From the NCBI GenBank assembly GCA_964401695.1, contig CAYNZS010000002.1:1-46614 (forward strand): DNA of 46,614 nucleotides, written 5' to 3'. Numbering within the stretch: the stretch's first letter is position 1; every line of letters starts with the position of its first letter. This DNA comes from an uncultured Nitrospirales bacterium (GTDB lineage: Bacteria > Hydrogenedentota > Hydrogenedentia > Hydrogenedentales > GCA-2746185). Shown piece by piece: positions 18,527 to 27,781 of the stretch. Position numbers and translations under genes: made by a program. The notes below the pieces were generated by a model, which saw nothing but the letters and a program-made list of their open reading frames with translations, was not told where the DNA came from and ran no database searches.

Positions 18527-19736
18527 TCGTCAATTCTCCTCGTACGGCGGCCGCTAGGGCCTCCTGATAGACTTCGATAACGTTAACGTCGGCCGCGTCG
18601 GCCCGCTGTTGACAATCCACGAACTCCGGCAATTGATTCATAACTTTGCCGTTCCTGCTTCCGATCTTCACGCGTACGGAACCCCACCGTGTGGCCGCTG
18701 TCTTCCACTCCCGATCCAAGCAGATTCTTTGCTCGGGACGCATGCGCAGGCCGATCGTTGTCGTGCCTTCGAACAGCATCGAGGCCATCGCGTCGACCTT
18801 CCCTTTGTCCGAGAGAACCGTTATCAATTGCGCCGGGCGGCCCTTCTTACCCAAAACGGGCGTAAGGAACGCGTCACGGGCGCCCGACTCCAGCAGTTTT
18901 ACCAGAACCGGCGGCAACAACTCTGGGTTCATATCATCCACCATCGCTTCCATAACCACGATGGATTCCGTCTTGCCAACGCCGGCCGCCTCGCCGATGA
19001 AGACGCGAAGCACGTTCGGCCTGTCGGGAAGATTCTTGGTGCCGCTTCCGACGCCGACCGTTTCCACGACCATCTCCGGCTGCGGCCCGAATTCGACGGC
19101 GAGTTGCACGATCAACGCCGCGCCTGTGGGGGTGACAAGTTCGCCTTTCACATCGCCGCCGTAACTTGGCACGCCTCTGAGCAACAACGCCGTAGCCGGG
19201 GCCGGGACAGGCATGATTCCGTGCGCACATTTCACCGTGCCCGAACCCACATGCAGCGACGAAGACACAATGTAGTCCGGTTTCACCATGTGGAGTCCCA
19301 GGTGCGCGCCCACAATATCCACAATCGAATCGACCGCGCCCACCTCGTGAAAATGAATCTCTTCCGGCGCCGTGCCGTGGACTTCTGCCTCCGCGACCGC
19401 AATGCGGCGAAACGTCTCGACGCTGGCGTCTTTAACCTCGCGCGGGATGTCGCCGTTTTCGATAATATCCACGATATGCCGCAGGTGGCGGTGAGCGCCG
19501 CCGTGGCCCGCATCGTCCGCGCGCGTTGCTGGGGTGGTCTCCGGCTGGTCAACGTGGACCTGCGTGGCCATGGCTCCGTGCTTCTTGAGGCGTTCGGCTC
19601 GCAGGCTATAACCCTCCACACCCAGCGAGTTGAGCCCCTGGCGCAGCGCTTTGAAATCGGCGCCCGCATCGAGTAGGGCTCCATTTATCATGTCGCCGCT
19701 GGCCCCGCAAGAGCAATCGAAGTAGAGGAGCTTCAT
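18519..19736 (-). CDS. larC: nickel-pincer cofactor nickel insertion protein LarC
   Basis: MKLLYFDCSCGASGDMINGALLDAG...HFHEVGAVDSIVDIVG... is the LarC/DUF111 signature. The start is set at ATG 19736, which overlaps the larB TGA (ATGA). The upstream 170 codons of the listed ORF are R/G-rich shadow sequence. Confidence 0.85.
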   Translation of the reverse strand: MKLLYFDCSCGASGDMINGALLDAGADFKALRQGLNSLGVEGYSLRAERLKKHGAMATQVHVDQPETTPATRADDAGHGGAHRHLRHIVDIIENGDIPREVKDASVETFRRIAVAEAEVHGTAPEEIHFHEVGAVDSIVDIVGAHLGLHMVKPDYIVSSSLHVGSGTVKCAHGIMPVPAPATALLLRGVPSYGGDVKGELVTPTGAALIVQLAVEFGPQPEMVVETVGVGSGTKNLPDRPNVLRVFIGEAAGVGKTESIVVMEAMVDDMNPELLPPVLVKLLESGARDAFLTPVLGKKGRPAQLITVLSDKGKVDAMASMLFEGTTTIGLRMRPEQRICLDREWKTAATRWGSVRVKIGSRNGKVMNQLPEFVDCQQRADAADVNVIEVYQEALAAAVRGELTNG

Positions 19737-20497
19737 CGCGAATCCCCGTTTACCAGGCGGTTGACGATCGTCGCGTTGACGGCCGCGCCGAAACCGTTGT
19801 CGATGTTGACAACGGTGACGCCCGAGGCGCAGGAATTCAGCATGCTGAGAAGGGCGGCGATGCCCCCGAAACTCGCTCCGTAACCGATGGCCGTCGGGAC
19901 CGCGATGACAGGTTTGTCCACGAGGCCGGCGGTCACACTCGCCAACGCCCCTTCCATGCCCGCGCAACAGATAATGACATTGGCGCCGTTGATTTCGTCG
20001 CGCTCGCTCAGGATTCGGTGGAGGCCAGCGACGCCGACATCGTAAAAGCGCCGCACCTCGTTGCCCATCGATTCGGCGGTCACCACCGCCTCTTCGGCGA
20101 CAGGAATGTCGGACGTGCCCGCGCACACTACGGCCACATAGCCCGCGAGCACTTTCGGCGCCTCCACGGTGATGGTGATAGCGCGCGCTTCCGAATGATG
20201 GATCGCGTCCGGGTGAGCCGCGAGGACCGCATCCACAGTGGCCTGCGAACACCGGGTGACCAAGACATTGCTGTCGTGGTCGCGCATCCGCTTCACGATT
20301 TCGACGACCTGCTCGGAAGTCTTGCCTTCGGCGTACACTGTTTCCGGGTAGCCTTGGCGCAGTTGCCGGTGATGATCAAGTTTAGCGAAACCGAGATCCT
20401 CGAAAGGGAGCGTCCGCAGACGGCCCGCCGCTTCGCCGGGCGATGTGGTGCCGCTGGCGACGGATTCGAGAAGTTCGGCTAACTTGGACTGTTCCAT
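19733..20497 (-). CDS. larB: pyridinium-3,5-biscarboxylic acid mononucleotide synthase LarB (PurE-like)
   Basis: LDHHRQLRQGYPETVYAEGKT...VAVVCAGTSDIPVAEEA...ICCAGMEGALASVTAGLVDKPVIAVPT..GYG is the LarB/AIR-carboxylase-like pattern. Start taken at MEQSKLAELL. Confidence 0.85.
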   Translation of the reverse strand: MEQSKLAELLESVASGTTSPGEAAGRLRTLPFEDLGFAKLDHHRQLRQGYPETVYAEGKTSEQVVEIVKRMRDHDSNVLVTRCSQATVDAVLAAHPDAIHHSEARAITITVEAPKVLAGYVAVVCAGTSDIPVAEEAVVTAESMGNEVRRFYDVGVAGLHRILSERDEINGANVIICCAGMEGALASVTAGLVDKPVIAVPTAIGYGASFGGIAALLSMLNSCASGVTVVNIDNGFGAAVNATIVNRLVNGDSR

Positions 20498-20707
20498 GGG
20501 GTTACTCGCAGTAGGCCCTGAAATAAAGGCCGGTATCTTACGCGAAAGGGAAGTCCAATTGGAAGGCGTGGTTCGCTCAACCATCCCCAGTTTCGCAAAG
20601 GGCGCATATAACAAGACCGTTCACAGCTTCTCTGGTCCAAAATGGTCAAGAGTTGTCAAAGGCCTAGACCGGACATCGCACCGCGTTTCTACTGCGCCGG
20701 CGGCCGG

Positions 20708-22267
20708 CTATGGAAGATAGGGGATGCGGCTCGTGGGACCCAGTTGGGTGCGGATCACTTCCTGGGCGTCCTCGATAAAATCGGCGAGCAGTGGCCGCGT
20801 ATCGCGTGGGTCGATGATATCCTCCACCGCAAACGCGTGGGCCGTTCGGAATGGCGATCGGAATTCGCTGAGCCTTCCCTCGATCTCCTTTCGCTTCGCC
20901 ACGGGGTCGGGCGAGTTTTCGATCTCCCGCTTGTAGGCAACCGCGACGCCGCCTTCGATGTGCATGGCGCCCCAGTGTCCCGAAGGCCACGCGTAGCGGC
21001 GAAACATGTGGCCGCCGCCGCGAGAGTTCAATCCGCCCGCCACGCCATAGGACTGCCGAATCACGAAGCTGATCATCGGTGTCTGACTCAGGCTGGTGAT
21101 CGCGCAAATGCGCGCGCCCGCGCGAAGAATCCCCTTCTTCTCCTCTTCGAGCCCCACCATGAACCCCGGCTGATCCTGAAAATAGACGATAGGCAAGTGG
21201 AACGTGTCGCATAGCTGAAAGAAGCGACAGGATTTCTCACCGCCGTCTTTATCCAGAGCCCCACCCTTGCACTTCGGGTTGTCGGCTATGACGCCGACGG
21301 GATAGCCATTCACGCGCGCGAGGCCGGTGATGCGCGTTTCGCCGAAGAGAGGCTGTATCTCGAAGAACGAATCCCGGTCCATCGTCATCCGGATAATGTC
21401 GCGCGGATCGTACATCTTGCGCCGGTTCTTCGGAATGACATCGAGCAGCGCTTCGTCCCTCGAATTGGGATCGCCGATCGGTTCGGTCTGCGGCGGCATT
21501 TGCCAGACGCTCTGAGGCATGTAGGAAAGGAATCGTTTGATCTGATCGAGCGCGTCGTCTTCGTCTTCCGCGATGTTGGCGATGACCCCGCTCGTCTTGA
21601 CTTGGATTTCTTCGTTGCCCAAATCGTCCTTGTGAATGTCCACGCCCAGTGCAGCCTTGACGACGGCAGGGCCCGCAACGAAGACGCGGCTCGTTTTCTT
21701 GACCATGACGTTGAAGTGGGCGAGCAGGGCCATGATCGCCGGCAGCCCCGCCACCGAGCCCAGCACGGCGGATACGCAGGGCACCCGGTACAACAGTTCC
21801 GCTTCAAAGGTGCGGTCGCCGCCGGGGATGCCCGTGCGCCCGGTCATTTCCAGAGAGCGGACGCTGCCGCCGCTGGCGTCGAGAAGGCGTACGTAAGGGA
21901 TGCGGTGGGTGTAGGCGAGCCGGGTCGAGAATATCCCTTTGCCCGGCACACCGCCGTCGCCCGACCCGCCCCGTATCGTGAAATCCTGCCCCACGATGGA
22001 CACTTTGCGGCCATTGACCTTAAGGACGCCCGTTACGGCATTTGCCGGCGTGAGATTCTTGAGCCGAAGGTCGTCATCCCACTCCGGGTGACCCGCCAAC
22101 GCACCCGTCTCCTGAAAAGTGCCCGGATCGGCCAACCGGTCGATACGGTCGCGAACGGTGAGCTTGCCGCGGCTTCGGTGGAAGGCTACGTTTTCCTCGC
22201 CGCCCATCTGGCGGGCCATCTCCTCGCGGCGGTGGAGTTCCTCCACCTCTTCACTCCATGACATCAT
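20708..22267 (-). CDS. acyl-CoA carboxylase carboxyltransferase (beta) subunit
   Basis: 519 aa. LTVRDRIDRLADPGTFQE, ...GGSGDGG..., FHLPIVYFQDQPGFMVG and ...RQSYGVAGG are typical of the propionyl-/methylmalonyl-CoA carboxyltransferase family. Confidence 0.9.
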   Translation of the reverse strand: MMSWSEEVEELHRREEMARQMGGEENVAFHRSRGKLTVRDRIDRLADPGTFQETGALAGHPEWDDDLRLKNLTPANAVTGVLKVNGRKVSIVGQDFTIRGGSGDGGVPGKGIFSTRLAYTHRIPYVRLLDASGGSVRSLEMTGRTGIPGGDRTFEAELLYRVPCVSAVLGSVAGLPAIMALLAHFNVMVKKTSRVFVAGPAVVKAALGVDIHKDDLGNEEIQVKTSGVIANIAEDEDDALDQIKRFLSYMPQSVWQMPPQTEPIGDPNSRDEALLDVIPKNRRKMYDPRDIIRMTMDRDSFFEIQPLFGETRITGLARVNGYPVGVIADNPKCKGGALDKDGGEKSCRFFQLCDTFHLPIVYFQDQPGFMVGLEEEKKGILRAGARICAITSLSQTPMISFVIRQSYGVAGGLNSRGGGHMFRRYAWPSGHWGAMHIEGGVAVAYKREIENSPDPVAKRKEIEGRLSEFRSPFRTAHAFAVEDIIDPRDTRPLLADFIEDAQEVIRTQLGPTSRIPYLP

Positions 22268-22388
22268 CGTTCTCCGTTTTGAGATTGGTTTCGTGAGCCG
22301 TATTATCTACAGGATAACGGCCTAAGACAATGCCGGAGACGATCTGGCTCTTGCGTGCTCCCCGCGCCATAGGCAACTAGATACATTT

Positions 22389-22470
22389 CGACCCTCCCCT
22401 AGCCCCTCCTTAAACCAGGGAGGGAGGTTAGGCTCACGGCCTGGTTTAAGGAGGGGTTGGGGGAGGGTCG
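22389..22470 (+). repeat. long inverted repeat / RNA hairpin (31-bp stem, 20-nt loop)
   Basis: CGACCCTCCCCTAGCCCCTCCTTAAACCAGG (22389-22419) pairs with CCTGGTTTAAGGAGGGGTTGGGGGAGGGTCG (22440-22470). There are 29 Watson-Crick pairs plus a T:G and a G:T position, which are wobble pairs only in a + strand transcript. Confidence 0.8.
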
Positions 22471-22520
22471 ATACCGCGGACATCTACCGCGTTCTCGGAT
22501 CCAAACAACGACTCGATACT

Positions 22521-22547
22521 TAGACATTCAACATCGACACATATAAT
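22521..22547 (+). promoter_or_regulatory. promoter candidate for the acyl-CoA synthetase gene
   Basis: Perfect -10 TATAAT at 22542-22547. TAGACA lies 15 nt upstream (or TTAGAC at 16 nt). About 70 nt upstream of the ATG at 22617. Confidence 0.35.
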
Positions 22548-22616
22548 CCAGTCTGATATCGTGCGTTCATATTTTCGCCTCAAGATCGACAGCGGCAATC
22601 CGCAAAGGAATACGAA

Positions 22617-24248
22617 ATGGATGCGACAACGCTAGGGGCCCTCGCGAATCAAGCGGCGGAACGTTTTGGCAACCGGGAGTATCAATACTTCGAAGGAAAG
22701 CGCTGGACGTATGCCGAGACGCAGGTCGAGATCGACAGAGTGGCCCGAGGCCTGATTGGGCTTGGCATCCAGCCTGGGGATAAGGTCTCGCTGTGGATGA
22801 CTAACCGGCCGGAGTGGACGCATATCATGTTCGCGCTGGCGAAGATAGGCGCGATTATGGTTCCCATCAACACGCGCCTGCGGACGTCGGACGTCGAGTA
22901 CATCTTCCGGCAGTCGGACACATCGACGATCATCACGATGGAGCAATCGGGTCCCATTCGCTACCTCGACATGGTCCTGGAGCTTTGCCCAGAATTGGGC
23001 GAGCAGGACAAGGCGGAAATCTCTTGCGCGGCGTTTCCGAAACTGAAGCGGGTGCTGAGTACTGGCGATCAGAGCCTTGCGGGAGTCTACGCGTGGCAGG
23101 AAATGTTGGACGCCGGCGACGGGGTCTCGGCCGCCGCTCTGCTCGAGCGGGAGGCGCAAGTGAAGCCGGACGACACGGTCTTCATTATGTACACCTCGGG
23201 GACGACCGGCTTCCCAAAAGGCGTGATGCACTGTCACAACATCATCCGCAATGCGATCATGTCGGTCGACACGATGGAGATTACCGAAGAGGATTGCACG
23301 ATCATGTACCTACCCCTCTTCCACGCATTCGGCTATTACGAAGGCCCCCTCAACTGTTACGCATCGGGCAGTCGAATGGTTCTAACCGAGACCTTTGACC
23401 CCGGAGAAATTCTGGCGTTAATTGAAGGCGAAAGGGGCACGATCATCCATGGTTTCGATACGCATTGGCAGGATTTGATGGACCATCCCGACTTTCATTC
23501 CCGCGACTTGGAGTCGCTGCGCACGGGCATCCTGGCGGCCGGCCTGCCCAGCACGGTGCCGGTGGCCGAACGCGCCAACCGTGAAGTCTGCTCAACCGTC
23601 ACGGCCTACGGCATGACCGAGGTGATGCCGGGCGCGCTGATGGGGCGCGTCAACGATACCTTCGAACACGCTACGGCCACCTCGGGCGCGGCGTCAGAGG
23701 GTTACGAAGTCGAGGTCAAAGACCTGCCAACCGGCAAGACGCTGCCGCCGGGGACGAACGGCGAAATCTGTGTTCGGGGATACGCCGTGATGCAGGGCTA
23801 CTACGAGAAGCCCGAAGAAACCGCTAAGACGATCGATCCCGAAGGCTGGTTGCACAGCGGCGACCTAGGGGTGCTCGAAAAGGACGGGAACATTCGCTTT
23901 CTCGGACGGTACAAGGAGATGCTCAAGATCGGGGGCGAGAACGTCGACCCGGTCGAGGTAGAAGCCTTCTTCCTCAATCATGAGGCTGTCAATAAGGTGC
24001 AAATCGTGGGCGTGCCGGACCGGCGGATGAGCGAAATTCCCGTAGCCTTCGTAGTCCTCGAATCCGGCAAGCAAGCCCAGGCGGAAGATCTCGCCGCATT
24101 CGCCAAAGGCAAGATGGCCAGCTTCAAACTGCCCCGCCATTACCTATTCGTAGACGAATACCCAATGACCTCCAGCGGCAAAGTAAAGAAATTCGAACTA
24201 CGAAAGATCGCGGCGAGCGAACTTGGGATCGAAGCGCCCGGCGCGTAG
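22617..24248 (+). CDS. AMP-dependent acyl-CoA synthetase/ligase
   Basis: IMYTSGTTGFPKGVMHCH (AMP-binding core motif), ...YGMTE..., ...GWLHSGDLG... and ...PMTSSGKVKK are the ANL superfamily motifs. Confidence 0.9.
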   Translation: MDATTLGALANQAAERFGNREYQYFEGKRWTYAETQVEIDRVARGLIGLGIQPGDKVSLWMTNRPEWTHIMFALAKIGAIMVPINTRLRTSDVEYIFRQSDTSTIITMEQSGPIRYLDMVLELCPELGEQDKAEISCAAFPKLKRVLSTGDQSLAGVYAWQEMLDAGDGVSAAALLEREAQVKPDDTVFIMYTSGTTGFPKGVMHCHNIIRNAIMSVDTMEITEEDCTIMYLPLFHAFGYYEGPLNCYASGSRMVLTETFDPGEILALIEGERGTIIHGFDTHWQDLMDHPDFHSRDLESLRTGILAAGLPSTVPVAERANREVCSTVTAYGMTEVMPGALMGRVNDTFEHATATSGAASEGYEVEVKDLPTGKTLPPGTNGEICVRGYAVMQGYYEKPEETAKTIDPEGWLHSGDLGVLEKDGNIRFLGRYKEMLKIGGENVDPVEVEAFFLNHEAVNKVQIVGVPDRRMSEIPVAFVVLESGKQAQAEDLAAFAKGKMASFKLPRHYLFVDEYPMTSSGKVKKFELRKIAASELGIEAPGA

Positions 24249-24447
24249 GCTGAATCGCTTCTTGACCTCGGCGTGGGCGAGGGTCACTTCTTCGGCGGAA
24301 CGACCGATCCCGCTCTGCACCTTCTCGATACCGTAAAGATGACGCGACCGATAAAAGTCGGCAATCTCGACAAGAGCGCTACATCGTCATTCTAACCGAA
24401 GTGAAGAATCTCTTCTCCACCAGCGACTTACGCGCGAAAGAGACCCT

Positions 24448-24708
24448 TCAAATTCGCTCAGGATGACAGTCCTGGCGACTTTTGTCGGTGACATGCGTAT
24501 CGGTGATATCAGAACTCAAGGCCCGTAATGCCATCATGATCGCCGCGCCGTTTTCCGGGCTCTTCTCTAATAATATATCGGCATCCTGTGTGGTATCGGG
24601 GAACCCAAGTAGAATAACGCCGGACTTGCCGATGAATAGATACCGAACCTTGTGCTCGGCGAAGACGTCCCGAATTTCTTCCGCTTGCCGAGAGTCAAAC
24701 GCGGCCAT
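24448..24708 (-). CDS. short nucleotidyltransferase-fold-like protein, probably C-terminally truncated
   Basis: MAAFDSRQAEEIRDVFAEHKVRYLFIGKSGVILLGFPDTTQDADILLEKSPENGAAIMMAL resembles the small NTase-fold proteins with a G-x-G...T-x-D-x-D-ILL core. The last ~15 codons run into an intergenic repeat-like sequence. The start overlaps the stop of the upstream ORF. Confidence 0.4.
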   Translation of the reverse strand: MAAFDSRQAEEIRDVFAEHKVRYLFIGKSGVILLGFPDTTQDADILLEKSPENGAAIMMALRALSSDITDTHVTDKSRQDCHPERI

Positions 24709-25012
24709 AGCCCAGCCAGTCGGGCAGATTTTCCTTACACCATTCGCGGTACTCCGCTGTGGTGTCGAACGACCGATAGGGCGCGTCATCCATCACGGGC
24801 TTGTACGTCTTGATGAACGCGTAACGGAAACGCGTCGCCAAGGAGCGCTGGGCCGCGGCCTCGAATTCGGCGAGCCAATCTTGGGGAATGGAGGGTGGTT
24901 CTGGAGTTTTCGTATGCGCAACCATTTTGACCTCGATGAAATCATTGTAAGCGTTCAGGGCATCCTTATCCAGAAATCGCAAGAAGGCTTCGCAGAGAGG
25001 TAGGCTATCCAC
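24695..25012 (-). CDS. hypothetical small protein, translationally overlapped with the downstream NTase-like ORF
   Basis: (GTG)VDSLPLCEAFLRFLDKDALNAYNDFIEVKMVAHTKTPEPPSIPQDWLAEFEAAAQRSLATRFRYAFIKTYKPVMDDAPYRSFDTTAEYREWCKENLPDWLGYGRV has protein-like composition. The start is uncertain (GTG 25012 or ATG 24925). The upstream part of the listed ORF looks non-coding. Confidence 0.4.
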   Translation of the reverse strand: MDSLPLCEAFLRFLDKDALNAYNDFIEVKMVAHTKTPEPPSIPQDWLAEFEAAAQRSLATRFRYAFIKTYKPVMDDAPYRSFDTTAEYREWCKENLPDWLGYGRV

Positions 25013-25364
25013 GCCGCATGGTCGCCGGGCCGACGTCCGTACAACATTCAAAACTCGATCCCAAAGGACACCCCTCCTTGACAGCGCCGCAGCCCCGTAC
25101 CGAGGGCAAATTGTGTGAGAAACGAGAGGTCCGAATCGACTGTTGTCCCAGCCATGAGATTGTGGGGCGTTGTGGAAGATCGACCACGACGCAGACGACG
25201 GTGCACAGCTATAGGCGTACACGCCGAGCCCGTAGGCAGCGGTAAACTCTTCGGCGCTGGAATCGGCGAGGCGATCTTGACTTGAGATCAGATCTGTTGG
25301 TACTCTGCCGCCTTCCTTAACTCTTTACTGTTCAACGATCTAATTCTCTCCGAGCTGCCCGCTT

Positions 25365-26378
25365 ATGACGATTCAAGATGCTATTTCTCATGTGGCCGAT
25401 TTTGGCGATCTCACCCGGGCCGAGGCGGGAGGAGTCATGCGCCAGCTGATGCGCGGCGAGGGCAGCGACGCCCAATTGGGCGCTCTTCTCGTCGGGCTGC
25501 GCATGAAAGGCGAGACCGTCGAGGAGATCACTGGGTTCGCCGAAGTGATGCGTGAGATGGCTACGCCCGTGAAGATCTCTCGCGAACACCTTGTGGACAC
25601 TTGTGGCACGGGCGGCACCCATTCGGGCACATTTAATATTTCTACCACAGCCGCTTTCGTTGTGGCCGGGGCCGGCTTGGCTGTTGCGAAGCATGGCAAC
25701 CGCAGCGCCACGAGCAAGTGCGGCAGCGCGGATGTGCTTGAGGCCCTCGGCGTGAATTTGGATGCTTCGCCCGAAACCATAGCCAAGTGTGTGGACGAAA
25801 TTGGGATCGGATTCCTGTTTGCGCGGACGCTGCACGGCGCGATGAAACATGTCGCGGGTCCGCGGGCCGAGATGAAGACTCGAACCATTTTCAACTTGCT
25901 GGGCCCGCTGACGAATCCGGCCGGCGCCGACGCGCAGGTGATGGGCGTCTACGACTCGTCGAGGGTCGAGGCAATCGCGCGGGTACTGAGCAATCTGGGA
26001 TCGCGCCATGCCTTTGTTGTGGCCGGATCCGACGGGATGGACGAATTAACGCTGGCTGGCCCAACGCTCGTGGCCGAAGCGCTCGGCGGCGACGTCAAGA
26101 CTTTTGAGATTTCTCCCGAAGATGTGGGGTTGGGGCCGGCCTCGAATGAAGAGATTCAAGGCCAAGACGCGGAACACAATGCGAAGATTCTTCGAGACGT
26201 GCTCGGCGGCGAGAGAGGCCCCCATCGCGATATCGTTCTCTTCAACGCCGCGGCGGCCATCATAGCTGGGGGCGCCTCGGAGGACTGGAAGCCCGCCATC
26301 GACGTGGCCACCCAATCCATCGATAGCGGGTCCGCCCTGAAGAAACTCGATGCGCTCATAGCGCTATCGCAGGCGTAG
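25365..26378 (+). CDS. trpD: anthranilate phosphoribosyltransferase
   Basis: DTCGTGGTHSGTFNISTTAAFVVAGAG..VAKHGNRSATSKCGSADVLEALG is the canonical TrpD motif set. Confidence 0.95.
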   Translation: MTIQDAISHVADFGDLTRAEAGGVMRQLMRGEGSDAQLGALLVGLRMKGETVEEITGFAEVMREMATPVKISREHLVDTCGTGGTHSGTFNISTTAAFVVAGAGLAVAKHGNRSATSKCGSADVLEALGVNLDASPETIAKCVDEIGIGFLFARTLHGAMKHVAGPRAEMKTRTIFNLLGPLTNPAGADAQVMGVYDSSRVEAIARVLSNLGSRHAFVVAGSDGMDELTLAGPTLVAEALGGDVKTFEISPEDVGLGPASNEEIQGQDAEHNAKILRDVLGGERGPHRDIVLFNAAAAIIAGGASEDWKPAIDVATQSIDSGSALKKLDALIALSQA

Positions 26379-26391
26379 GCACCACCTCCCC

Positions 26392-27171
26392 ATGATACTG
26401 GATGAAATCTGCGAGCATAAGCGCGTCGAGGTAGAGGCGGCGAAGGCGCGCGCCCCCCTTGCCGAGCTCGAAGACCGAATCGAGCGGGTGCGAGCGCCCC
26501 GCGATTTTCGGCAAGCCCTCCGCGAGCCGGGAATCAGCTTGATAGCTGAGATTAAGCGGGCGTCGCCCAGCAAAGGCGTCTTGCTCGAAGACATGGATCC
26601 CGTTCAACTCGCCTCGCTCTACGAGTCAGCCGGTGCGCGCGCGATTTCGGTGCTCACCGACGAGAAATATTTTCGCGGCTCGCTCGGCGATTTGAGCATC
26701 GTGTCCCAACAAGCTAACCTTCCATGCTTGCGCAAAGAATTTGTCGTAGACCCGTATCAGATTCATGAGGCCCGCGCTGCCGGAGCCGACGCGCTATTGC
26801 TCATCGTGCGCGTTCTCAGCGACAAGGAACTGGAAAGCTTCCTTCAGATTACTCATGCGTTGGGGATGAAAGCCCTCGTGGAAACGCATAATGAAGAGGA
26901 GATTGCGAGAGCCCTCGGCGCGGGAGCGCATATTATCGGGATAAACAACAGGAATCTGGCAAACTTCAGCGAAAATGTGGATTTGACCCTCGATTTGCGC
27001 AAACACGTTCCTGGCGGCAACGTCCTCGTCAGCGAGAGTGGAATTCGGAGCCGGGATCATGTCCGCCGCCTCGACGACGGTGGGATTGACGCGGTACTGA
27101 TTGGCGAAGCGCTGGTAACGAGCCAGAATATCGCTGGAAAGATTCGCGAGCTGTTGAACGATGCGGGTTAA
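26392..27171 (+). CDS. trpC: indole-3-glycerol phosphate synthase
   Basis: LIAEIKRASPSKG...ISVLTDEKYFRGS...LRKEFVVDPYQI...GINNRNL. Confidence 0.95.
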   Translation: MILDEICEHKRVEVEAAKARAPLAELEDRIERVRAPRDFRQALREPGISLIAEIKRASPSKGVLLEDMDPVQLASLYESAGARAISVLTDEKYFRGSLGDLSIVSQQANLPCLRKEFVVDPYQIHEARAAGADALLLIVRVLSDKELESFLQITHALGMKALVETHNEEEIARALGAGAHIIGINNRNLANFSENVDLTLDLRKHVPGGNVLVSESGIRSRDHVRRLDDGGIDAVLIGEALVTSQNIAGKIRELLNDAG

Positions 27172-27781
27172 GATCTGCGCAATTACGAACTTGGACGACG
27201 CCCTGGCCGCCTGCGACGCTGGGGCCGACGCCCTCGGGTTTAACTTCGCGATTGAGGCGAAGAGGAAGAACCGTTTTATCGAACCTGAAGCGGCGCGACG
27301 GATTGTCGAGGCGCTGCCTCCCTTTATCACGACGGTGGCGATATGCGTGAATGACCCGGCAGCGCGTATAATGGAGTACTTGCAGTTTGTCGATACCGTT
27401 CAACTGCACGGCGAAGAGACGCCTGCGCAGTGCGCGGCAATAGGTGGCCGAGCTATCAAGGCGTTTCGGGCGGGCGGCGACTTTCAGCCTGAGAGCATGC
27501 TCGCGTACCCCACGTCGGCCTATCTGCTTGACGCCCAAGTCGCGGGCGCGCGCGGCGGCACCGGGACGGTGGGCGATTGGGATATGGCACGGGCTGCCGT
27601 GGCGTTGGAGCGGCCGATTATTTTGGCGGGCGGGCTGACCCCCGAGAATGTGGCCGAGGCCGTGAAGTATGTGCGGCCCTATGGTGTGGACACCGCGGGT
27701 GGCGTGGAAAGCGCGCCTGGAATAAAGGATCATGAGCGAACACGCGACTTCATCAGAAACGCAAAAGCAGCCATATCCTGA
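27161..27781 (+). CDS. trpF: phosphoribosylanthranilate isomerase
   Basis: [13 protein letters not shown]...GADALGFNF...VQLHGEE...[11 protein letters not shown]...[11 protein letters not shown]. It overlaps trpC by 11 nt. Confidence 0.9.
   Translation: MRVKICAITNLDDALAACDAGADALGFNFAIEAKRKNRFIEPEAARRIVEALPPFITTVAICVNDPAARIMEYLQFVDTVQLHGEETPAQCAAIGGRAIKAFRAGGDFQPESMLAYPTSAYLLDAQVAGARGGTGTVGDWDMARAAVALERPIILAGGLTPENVAEAVKYVRPYGVDTAGGVESAPGIKDHERTRDFIRNAKAAIS

Noticed and set aside
24381-24470. Sequence translating like the widespread intergenic repeat peptides (…SF*PK*RIS… / …RDPSNSLRMT…) downstream of the NTase-like ORF.
   Set aside because: It resembles repeat families I have seen translated in hypothetical proteins of many metagenome-assembled genomes. 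With only a single copy in this window I cannot show that it is repetitive, so it is not called as a feature.
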